Shown piece by piece: positions 19,117 to 28,449 of a DNA stretch of 64,000 nucleotides. Position numbers and translations under genes: made by a program. The first letter of the stretch is position 1; each line of letters begins with the position of its first letter. Under the pieces are notes generated by a model. That model was not told the origin of the DNA, searched no databases, and worked only from the letters and a program-made list of their open reading frames with translations. This DNA is from Bryobacterales bacterium (GTDB lineage: Bacteria; Acidobacteriota; Terriglobia; Bryobacterales; Bryobacteraceae), in NCBI GenBank assembly GCA_963738375.1, contig CAVTWL010000010.1, forward strand, positions 212,921 to 276,920, given 5' to 3'.

Positions 19117-21953
19117 ATGAAATTTCTACTTTGTTTGGCGTCGTTCCTTGTCGCCCTTCCACCGCTTTCAGCCCAAACAGCAACACTTCGCGGGCAGGTG
19201 ATGGATGAATCCGCCGCCGTCGTGCCCGGCGCGGCCGTTACCTTGCACGGCCCGTCCGGCATCGCCAAAGCCGCTACCTCCGCCGCCGACGGATCTTATT
19301 CGTTCCTGGGCCTGCCTTACGGCGCCTACACCGTGCGCGCAACCGCGCCCGACCTGGTGCAATCCGCCCCCGTCAAAATTGTTTTGCAATCCGCCGCGCA
19401 GTCGCTCAACCTCACCATGAAGGTTGCCTCGGTGACCCAACAGGTGACCGTGCAGGACACCGGCGGCCCCAGCGTCTCCACCGATCCCTCCAGTAACTCA
19501 AGCGCCACGGTTCTGCGTGGCGAAGATCTGCAAGCCCTCTCCGATGACCCCGACGATCTCCAATCCGACCTGCAAGCCCTCGCCGGACCCTCCGCCGGCC
19601 CGGAAGGCGGCGAAATCTACATCGACGGCTTCAGCGGCGGACAGCTTCCCGCCAAGGATTCCATCCGCGAAGTCCGCATTAACCAGAATCCGTTTTCGCC
19701 CGAGTATTCCAAGCTCGGCTACGGCCGCATCGAAATCCTGACCAAGCCCGGCACCGATTCCCTGCATGGCCAGGGCTTCTTCAATTTCGGCGACGACATC
19801 TTCAACTCGCGCAATCCTTTCGCCCAGCAGAAGGCGCCCTTTGAGCTCCAGGAATACGGCGGCTCGCTCAGCGGCCCGCTCAGCAAGCGCGCTTCTTTCT
19901 TTCTCGATTTCGAACGCCGCGCCATCGACAACGGTTCCGTCATCGACGCCGTCACGCTCGATCCCGCGACTTACGGCATCAGTCCTTACACCGGCGTCCT
20001 GCTCTCCCCCCAGCGCCGCGTGCGCATCAGCCCGCGCCTCGATTACCAGTTGAGCCAGAACAATACTCTGATCGTGCGCTACGCCTTCACCCGCAACAGC
20101 GTGAACGATCAGGGCATCGGCAGCTTCGATCTTCCCTCGCGCGGATATTCCACGCTCGATCAATACCACTCCGTGCAAATGACGGAGACCGCCGTGCTCG
20201 GCCCCACCACCGTCAACGAAACGCGCTTTCAGTTCTATCGCGAAAACGAAAATCAGTTGGCCAACAGCTTGGCCCCGGCCCTGCTCGTGCTTGGGTCGTT
20301 CAACAGCGGCGGCGCGCAATCCGGCCTAGCCTACAATACCGATAACCATTACGAACTGCAGAACAATACCTCAATCGTGAAAGGCACGCACACCTGGAAA
20401 TTCGGCGTGCGCGCGCGCGGCGAATCGTTGGCCAGCACTTCACCCCAGAACTTCGGCGGCACGTTTACTTTCGCCGGCGGCGTGGCCCCCGAACTGGACG
20501 CCCAGAATCAGGAAATCCTCGATGCCTCGGGCCAGCCCGTGTTGGCGCCCATCACCTCCATCCAGCAATATCAGCGCACCGTGCTCGGCTTGCCCGGCGG
20601 CGTTCCCACCCAGTTCAGCATCGCCGCCGGCAATCCGTATCTCGCCCTCGACCAGGTGGACGCCGGCCTCTACGCCGGCGACGATTGGCGCGTCCGCCCC
20701 AACGTGACCCTCAGCCTCGGCGCGCGCTACGAAATGCAGACCAACATCCACGATCGCGGCGATTTGGCTCCGCGCTTCGGCTTCGCCTGGGCCCCCGGGT
20801 CGAACAAAATCGATCTGCATCCCAAGTTCGTCATCCGCGGCGGATTCGGCATGTTCTATTCCCGCTTCGATATCTCCAACATCGAAACCGCCGAGCGCTA
20901 CAACGGCCTCGTCCAGCAGGATTACATCGTCAGCAACCCCGCCTTCTACCCCGCCATTCCCACGATTGCCCAGTTACTGGCCATGCCGGGCATTCAATCC
21001 ACCCAGACCATCCAGGAACTCAGTTCGCTCCTTGCGCTCGCCGTATATCATGCAGTCGGCCATCACCGTCGAGCGGCAGCTTCGCCCGCAATAGCACCGT
21101 CTCGGTCACTTATACCAATTCCCACGGGCTGCACATGCTGCGTTCGGAGGAACTCAACGCCCCCGGTCCCACTTACATCATGGAGTCCTCGGGCCTCTAC
21201 AATCAGAACCAGCTCATCACCAACGTGAACTCCAAGCTGAACGCGAATGTCTCGCTGTTCGGCTACTACACGCTGAACCGCGCCATGAGCAATACCGACG
21301 GGCTGGGTACCTTCCCCGGCAATCCGGCGACCATGGCCGGCGAGTATGGACCGGCCGCCACCGACATCCGCCATCGCGCCTTCATCGGCGGCTCCATCAA
21401 TACCAAGTGGAACCTGCGGCTCAGCCCCTTCATCGTGGTCCAGTCCGGCGCCCCGTATAACATCACCGTCGGCGAGGATCTTTACGGTGACACGCTCTTT
21501 AACGCGCGTCCCGGCATCGCCACCGATCTGAGTAAGTCCGGGCTGATCGACACGAAGTACGGCTGGCTCGACCCCAACCCCTCGCCCGGCGAACAAATCC
21601 TCCCCCGCAATTACGGCCGCGGCCCGGGCGCCATCAGCGTCAACGCGCGCCTCGGCAAGACCTGGGGCTTCGGACCCGAGCGCCAGGCCGCCAGCGGCGC
21701 ATCCCCCGTCGCCGCCGGACACAATGGCGGCTATCACAGCATCTTCTCGGATGTCTCCACCACGCGCCGTTATAATCTGACGGCTTCCCTCTCCGCGCGC
21801 AACCTGCTGAACCACGTGAACGACGGCCCCATCATCGGCCAGATCACCTCGCCCTTGTTCGGCGAAGCCAACTCCGTAGCCGGCGGCTATGGCGCGTTCG
21901 CGGAGACGGCCAACAACAGGCGGCTGGAACTGCAAATGCGATTTACGTTTTAA
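19117..21953 (+). pseudogene. carboxypeptidase-regulatory-domain / TonB-dependent-receptor-like outer-membrane protein; about 3 frame changes within 21.02-21.09 kb
   Basis: It has a signal peptide, 'LRGQVMDESAAVVPGAAVTLHG..ADGSYSFLGLPYGAYTV' and plug-like 'VLRGEDLQALSDDPDDL..GGEIYIDGFSGG'. A long beta-barrel ends '..NRRLELQMRFTF*'. 'YIMQSAITVERQL' lies in a third frame between track ORFs 19117..21228 and 20685..21953. Confidence 0.8.
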
Positions 21954-21974
21954 AGACTGGGCAGAGTGGACAGG

Positions 21975-22148
21975 CTATCGGTGTTCGAGGCGCTCTTCCA
22001 TGTGTTTCAGCCGCGCGTCCAGCACATCCTCCACGCGCCGGAGCTCAGCGCGCCAGACATCCCGTAGCAGCGTGACCATGAGGGTAAGCATGGCAGCATT
22101 AAACAAAATGGGCACGCCGATCGCAAGATACAGTTGGGTGTCGGTCAT
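21975..22148 (-). CDS. 57-aa small membrane protein (hypothetical)
   Basis: 'MTDTQLYLAIGVPILFNAAMLTLMVTLLRDVWRAELRRVEDVLDARLKHMEERLEHR*': one TM helix plus an amphipathic tail. Below the track length cutoff and read by eye. Confidence 0.35.
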   Translation of the reverse strand: MTDTQLYLAIGVPILFNAAMLTLMVTLLRDVWRAELRRVEDVLDARLKHMEERLEHR

Positions 22149-22271
22149 GGCTGCTCGGCTTCAGTATAGTTAAGCGTTGACACTTGTGCACCCCTGAGGG
22201 CAACTTTGAGGCCCCTTCCCGCGAGCCGAGTCTCCCAGCTCTTTCGGCAAAACCCTGCTAGCCTTAGCGAG

Positions 22272-24354
22272 ATGACCACCCCAAGGCGGTACGCCCACAG
22301 TCTGAAGGATGCGCCGCTCGAACGCTGGCACGATTTACTTGAACACTTGGAGGGAACCGCTGCGCGCTGCGAAGCATTCGCTTCCTCGTTTGCGCCCGGA
22401 TGGGGTCGCTTGGCCGGCCTATGGCACGATGCCGGCAAATACCGGGACGCCTTCCAAAAACACATAGGGGTGGACTCCGACGGGCATTGCGACGGACGCG
22501 TAGATCACTCCAGCGTTGGGGCTTTGATCGCCAGGCAGTGCGCGGCGGATCCGTTGGCGTTCCTAATCGCCGGACATCACGGTGGGCTCAAGGACAGCGA
22601 GAGTCTTCGGAGGCGCTTAGATAGCGCCAGGGAATTGTTGGCCGAAGCGAAGCGCGACGGCTTGCCCCAATCGATGGAGACCGAAACGCTTCCACCGAGG
22701 CCCTCTTGGATGGATCGGATAAAAGTAAACTCGCCTTTTGGATGCGATTCTTATTTTCCGCGTTGGTCGACGCAGATTTCTTGGATACTGAGCGCTTCTA
22801 CAGAGGCGTCGAGCGGGATTTCGGTGGACGCCCTGCCCTTGACGCTTTACGTAACCGACTCGACCGCCTTCATTGACCGGCTTGCGGCGCAGAAAGCCGA
22901 GTCAGCCGTAAATGCGATGCGCGCGCGGGTCTTGAAGGACTGCCAGGCTGCAGCCAACCTGCCACCCGGGGCATTTACTGTTACTGTTCCCACGGGCGGC
23001 GGCAAGACACTGGCAGCGCTCTCTTTTGCGCTGCGCCATTCGGTGAAGCACGGTCTTCGCCGCGTGATCGTAGTCATACCATATACCAGCATCATCGAGC
23101 AGACAGCGCAGGTCTACCGTGACGCGCTTGGCACCGAGGCGATTATCGAACACCACAGCGCCGTGGACCCGTACAAGGAGAACAGCAGTAACCGAATTGC
23201 CTGTGAGAACTGGGACGCCCCGGTGGTGGTGACAACCAGCGTGCAGTTCTTCGAGAGCCTGTATGCGAACCGTACGTCCAGATGCCGCAAACTGCATCGA
23301 ATTGCTGACAGCGTTGTGCTCTTTGACGAGGTGCAGACGTTTCCGCCCAGACTCTTGAAGCCTATTGAGTCGGCCCTCGAGCAACTCATTTCGTACTATG
23401 GAACCACGGCCGTATCTTGCACGGCCACCCAGCCCGTACTGAGAGTGCCATCACCACGCGAGATCGTTCGAGATAAGCGCAGCGAATTCGAGCAGTTGCC
23501 AACAGGTGCGAGATCTTGCTTCCTGAATCGCGCGAGCCGGTGACGTGGGAACGGCTCGCGGAGGACTTGCGCCGGCACGAATCCGTCCTCGCGATAGTCC
23601 ACAAACGGGCCGACGCGCAAGAACTCGCCGGGCTGGTGGGCCCTGGATGCTCTCACCTCGGCAAGGATGTGCGCTGCGCATCGCTCCGCAGTGCTCGACG
23701 AGGTTAGGGCAAGATTGAGAGATGGCAGTCCTTGCCGCTTGGTGGCCACACAACTCGTGGAGGCTGGCGTCGACTTGGATTTCCCCATTGTCTACCGGGC
23801 GATGGCAGGTGCCGACTCTCTCGCACAGGCAGCCGGCCGCTGCAATCGCGAGGGCCGGTTCGAGAGCGGGCGATTGCACGTGTTCATTGCTCCAACCTGA
23901 AGCCTCCGCAGGACTTGCGGGCCGCGAAGAAGACGGCGGCAGTGTCTGGCGAATCAGGGATTTCTCGACCTAAAGAGTCCCGACCTGTTTCCAGACTATT
24001 TCAGAAGGCTATATGCGGTGATGCCGGACGACCCAGGCGTGCTGGCGGCCAAAAATGAGCTCTGCTTCGAGAGGTCCGCAGAGCTATTCAAAATGATCGA
24101 CGAGGACGGTACCTTTGCCGTCGTTGCGCCGTTTGGCGCGGCGGCGGAGCGCGTGGCCGACATTAGAGGGAATATCACCCGGCTCTGGCCTACGTCGGCT
24201 GCAACCCTTCCTGGTGAACCTCTACCGACAAGAAGTCGACGAACTCCTCTCCTCCGGAGCACTCGAGCAACTCGACGAAAGACTCTATTGCACGGTGACA
24301 GGCTTTGAGCGAACATACGATCAGTGGTTCGGGTTCGCCTGGAAGGGGAGTTGA
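22272..24354 (+). pseudogene. cas3: type I-C Cas3 (HD nuclease + DEAH helicase); at least 7 frame changes
   Basis: HD motifs are 'LAGLWHDAGKY' and 'IAGHHGGL'; 'LAFWMRFLFSALVDADFLDTERFY' is in a second frame. Helicase motifs are 'VPTGGGKTLAAL', 'VVLFDEVQ' and '[36 protein letters not shown]'. The C-terminal domain '..DLFPDYFRRLYAV..' ends at 24354. Fragments alternate among the three frames. Confidence 0.85.
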
Positions 24355-24430
24355 GCGGCAGAGCCAGAGAGCCTGATAGCCTAACAACGTGCCCGTGGAT
24401 TGAAACTCTAAGGAATTCCTTAGAAAAGCC

Positions 24431-24459
24431 TTGACTGCCTCCTTGTCTGGGAGTATTAT
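24431..24459 (+). promoter_or_regulatory. sigma70-like promoter upstream of cas5c
   Basis: TTGACT (24431-24436), 17 nt, TATTAT (24454-24459). It is followed by the palindrome GTGAGCTAGCTCAC (24467-24480), AAGGAGG and TTG start 24494. Confidence 0.55.
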
Positions 24460-24493
24460 CCAAGTTGTGAGCTAGCTCACCAAGGAGGCTTTC

Positions 24494-25138
24494 TTGGCGT
24501 CGTATTTAGTCCGTATTCGTGGCGAATACGCCTGTTTCACCAGGCCGGAGTTCAAGACTGAACGGGTTTCTTATGAATTAATCACGCCGTCCGCCGCCCG
24601 CGGCGTTTTGGAGGCTGTCTTGTGGAAGCCAGCGATCCGCTGGCACATCCGCCGGATACTTCTTCTGGCACGACCGCGATACATTCAGTTCAAGCGAAAT
24701 GAAGTTACGAGTCGCGCCTCCGTCGCCACGGCACATAAGGCGATGCGGTCGGCACAGCCAGAAGACTATTTCGCGGACGAGGACCGCGCCCAGCGCAACA
24801 CGCTGGCGCTGCGCGATGTTGACTACGCGGTGGAGGCGGAATTCCGCTTCACGGAACGCCGAGGTCCGGACGACAACGCCAACAAGTTCGATGAAATGTT
24901 CCGCCGGCGTCTCGAAAAGGGGCAATTCCACATGCAACCGTACCTTGGGTGCCGCGAATTCCCGGCTTGTGTCGAGATCTACGACGGATCGCCCCTGCCC
25001 CTCCACGACGAAACGCGCGGCCTTGGAATGATGTTGCATGACCTGCGCTATGGCCCCGCCGGTAACAAACCGGTGTTTTTCGATGCCCGCCTCGATCGAG
25101 GAATCCTCCAAATACCCGAATGGGAGGATCGCCCATGA
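24494..25138 (+). CDS. cas5c: Cas5c (Cas5d) pre-crRNA-processing subunit, intact
   Basis: 214 aa with a TTG start. 'YLVRIRGEYACFTRPEFKTERVSYELITPSAARGVLEAVLWKPAIRW' and 'HMQPYLGCREFPA' are typical Cas5d motifs. Confidence 0.9.
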   Translation: MASYLVRIRGEYACFTRPEFKTERVSYELITPSAARGVLEAVLWKPAIRWHIRRILLLARPRYIQFKRNEVTSRASVATAHKAMRSAQPEDYFADEDRAQRNTLALRDVDYAVEAEFRFTERRGPDDNANKFDEMFRRRLEKGQFHMQPYLGCREFPACVEIYDGSPLPLHDETRGLGMMLHDLRYGPAGNKPVFFDARLDRGILQIPEWEDRP

Positions 25139-26809
25139 TTCTGCAAAGCCTGCGCGATCTGGCTGATCGCGAGCGACTCCTCGCAAATCCGGATTATGAA
25201 CCAAAAGCCGTAGCCTGGATCATCGACGTCGATGACGCTGGCAAGTTTCTCGGCTTAGTCCCGACCGGCGAGGGAAAGAGGCTCAACATTCCTCGGCGAT
25301 CGGGGCGAACCTCGGCCGCCGTTCACCGATTTCATAGGACAATCGAGTACGTCCTCGGTGTCTGCCGGCAGGACCAACTATCGAAGCCGAGACCACCCGG
25401 CGAGCTCGCGAAACGCAATGGGCTGTTTCGATCCGCTGTAGCCGCTGCCCTCGAGGACACCGGACTCCCCGGACTGCAAGCCGTCGTCTCCTTTCTTGAT
25501 GACAGCGCAGAGCGCATCCGCTGCGCCTCGGAGGCGGACGCCGGCGGGTACAAGAATAACGACTTGTTCGCGTTTCGTCACAGCGGTGTCCTCGTTCATG
25601 ATCTCCCGCAGGTCCAGGCGTACTTCTCTGCGTGGCGTGCGAATTCGACCCAACCGGGGACACAGTGCCTCGTGTGCGGCCGGAAACGCGTTCCCGTGGA
25701 TAAGCATCCCGGCATCAGGGTCCCAGGCGGGTCTACCAGCGGCGTCGCCCTGGTCAGCTTCAACTCGACGCATTTGAGTCCTACGGACTCTCCCGGAACG
25801 AGAATGCGCCCGTTTGCAGAGAGTGCGCCGACAGCTACACCACTGCCCTCAATCGCTGCCTCGACACCAAGTACGTTGACCAGAGCGGAAGCGTTTTGTC
25901 CCGCCGTTCAGTCCGGCTGTGTCCAGACACCGCAGCGGTTTACTGGGCCGAACAGGATGCGTCTGCAGTCGATTTGTTTAGCAGCTTGTTGGACGCACCT
26001 ACCGAAGAGGCGGTTCGACGCCTTTTTCTGGCTCCCTCTGAGGGGCAAGAGCCCGCGGGGGTCAACGACCCCCGCTTCTATTGCCTGCTGATTTCGGGCG
26101 GACAGGGCCGCGCAGCGCTCCGTGGCCTTCATACGCAGACGCTCCACGCCGCCGAGGAAAATATCCGCGAATATTTCCGCATAGTGAAAATCGGCCAGGA
26201 GACCCCATTGCCCCTCTGGATGCTCCTGAGATCGCTCGCCCTGCAACGCGAGTCCAAGAATCTCTCGCCCAGCCTGGCGAGCGATTTCTTCCTCGCTATC
26301 CTCTTCGGGCGGCCGTTCCCGCGGGCAGTCTTGGCAGCCGCCGCGGCTCGCAGTCGCGCCGAGCACAAAGTCACCCGCGAACGCGCTGCAATCTTGCGCG
26401 CCTGTCTGATGCACTACAAAATGGAGGTTTGGATGAGTTTAGACAAAGACGATATGGAACGGGATATCGGCTAGGACGCCTGCTAGCCGTCCTCGAACGG
26501 CTACAGAGCGACGCGCAGAGAAGTCTCAACAAAAGCGTAGTCGATCGATTTTACGGCGCTGCAAGTACGCGGCCGGGCACGGTTTTCCCGTCCCTGATTC
26601 GCTTGGCTCAGCACCACCTGGCCAAGGTCGCCTCCCCGGCCTACCATCAGATCAATCTGAGCGAAGTGCTCAACGGAATCGCCGCGTTCCCACCCACTTT
26701 GCGACTCGACGAGCAGGGCCTTTTTGCTCTAGGATATTACCACCAACGCCAAGAATTTTACCGTCGCAAAGAACCCGAGTCCCAAACACAGACAGGAGAA
26801 CAAGAATGA
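25135..26809 (+). pseudogene. cas8c: Cas8c (Csd1) large subunit; at least 2 frame changes (about 25772 and about 26450)
   Basis: ATG 25135 overlaps the cas5c stop. It contains 'MILQSLRDLADRERLL..PDYEPKAVAWIIDVD', 'CLVCGRKRVPVDKHPGIRVPGGSTSGVALVSFNS' and, shifted, 'DAFESYGLSRNENAPVCRECADSYTTALNRCL'. The C-terminus '[49 protein letters not shown]' is in a third frame. Confidence 0.85.
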
Positions 26810-27758
26810 ACGAGTCACCAGTCCTCGACACCCGCTGCGAGATCGTCTTGCTGTTCGATGTTATTCACGGCAATCCCAACGGCGATCCCGACGCCGGCAA
26901 CGCGCCACGCGTCGATCCGGAAACGGGATACGGCATCGTCACAGATGTTTGATGAAGCGCAAGGTGCGCAACTTTGTCGCGCTCACGAAGAGCTACCAAC
27001 CTCCGTACGATATATACGTGAAAGAGCGGGGGATTCTGGCGAATCAGCAACGGCGTGCCTATGAGGCGATTGGCGCACAGCCAGACACCTCTGGCCGCGC
27101 TAACGAGCAGGCCCGCGCTTGGATGTGCCAGACGTTCTTCGACGTACGCAGTTTGGTGCGGTCATGACAACCGGCAAGACCGGCGAGGAGGATCCCGCCA
27201 CCGGCGCCCCCAAAGGCAAAGGCGCTAAGGAAGAGCCAGAAGCTCTGGAACTGCGGACAGGTGCGGGGCCCGGTGCAAGTCGGGTTCGCTCGGTCGCAGG
27301 CGCCGATCCTTTCGATCGAACACACAATCACGCGCGTCGCTCTTACTAACCCCGGCGATACGGATCGTGCCGCCGCCGAGGGCAGCGACGGCGAAGAGAA
27401 GGCCGGCAGCGGGCAGATGGGGCGTAAACACGGCATCCCTTATGCGTTGTACCGCGCGCACGGCTTTGTCTCGCCGTTCCTGGAACGACACCGGATTCTC
27501 AAAAGCCGACTTCGACGTCTTACTGAAATCGCTCGAACATCTTTTCGAGCACGATAGATCGGCTGCGAGAGGCGAAATGGAGGTGCGCGGGCTGTTTCTC
27601 TTTGAACACGATAACGCCTCGGAAACGCGCCGGCCACAAGCTCTTCGACTCAATTCGGATCGAAGGCCCGGCCACTCCGCGCTCTTTCAGCGAATATCAA
27701 CTTAGCCTACCACCGAGTCCGAATTGCCGCAGGCGTAAAGCTGCGGCGGATCGTGTGA
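26806..27758 (+). pseudogene. cas7c: Cas7c (Csd2) backbone subunit; at least 5 frame changes
   Basis: Motifs present are '[38 protein letters not shown]', 'KRKVRNFV', 'FFDVR..FGAVMTTG', 'NCGQVRGPVQVGFARS', 'GRKHGIPYALYRAHGFVSPFL', 'SAARGEMEVRGLFLFEHD' and the end '..GVKLRRIV*'. They are spread over all three frames. Confidence 0.85.
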
Positions 27759-28230
27759 CGTCAGGCTTTCTCGAAGACGACCTGCTGCCGCTCTCCGGCC
27801 TCCAACACCTCGCCTTCTGCGAGCGGCAGTGGGCCCTCATTCATATCGAGCAGTCCTGGGCCGAAAACCGTCTCACCGCCCAAGGCCGCGTCCTCCACAA
27901 CCGCGCCCACGACGGCCCCCCCGAGTCCCGACCCGGCCTCCGCATCGCCCGCGGACTCCGCCTCCGCTCCCTCCGCCTCGGCCTCTCCGGCGAGGCCGAT
28001 GTCGTCGAGTTCACCCCGCACCGGACGGCATCGCCCTCCCCGGCGAAACCGGCCTCGGCGCCCCTTCCCCGTCGAGTACAAACGCGGCCGCCCCAAAGCC
28101 GGCCGCTGCGACGAGGTCCAACTGTGCGCCCAAGCCCTCTGCCTGGAGAGATGTTCGCCCGCCCAATCCCCTCCGGCGCGCTCTTCTACTGGGAGACAAT
28201 TGGCATCGCCGGGTGGAGCAGGTGGGAGCA
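27755..28230 (+). pseudogene. cas4: Cas4 (RecB-like nuclease), frameshifted and 3'-truncated
   Basis: GTG 27755 overlaps the cas7c stop. It contains 'LSGLQHLAFCERQWALIHIEQSWAENRLTAQGRVLH', 'GEADVVEF' and 'PFPVEYKRGRPKAGRCDEVQLCAQALCLE' (second frame), then 'MFARPIPSGALFY'. Homology ends near 28225. The C-terminal segment that should carry three Fe-S cysteines is absent. Confidence 0.75.
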
Positions 28231-28261
28231 AAGCAGTCGTACGATCCGCAAGGACCGATGA

Positions 28262-28449
28262 TTATATGACGCGCGGACCCCAAGCGAGCAAGAAAACGCC
28301 GGTGGGTTCGCGGCACCCGTACCGCACTGAATTCATTGAGCCGCTGTGCCCTGAAGCCGCAATTCACAGTCGAATCTGGCAGGATCGGGCCACGGTGCGC
28401 GAAAATGGCTTGCAGGACGCTTGCCCTTCAATTACTTAGGAGGCAGGCG
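28262..28449 (+). promoter_or_regulatory. putative CRISPR leader
   Basis: Non-coding stretch directly upstream of the conserved first repeat. The array decays at the far end, which sets the orientation. No specific promoter motif was identified. Confidence 0.4.

Noticed and set aside
24407-24424. Self-targeting of the palindromic pseudo-spacer (its reverse strand carries a TTC just upstream).
   Set aside because: The TTC-adjacent protospacer is offset by 2 nt relative to the handle-adjacent sequence. Position-by-position pairing therefore fails.
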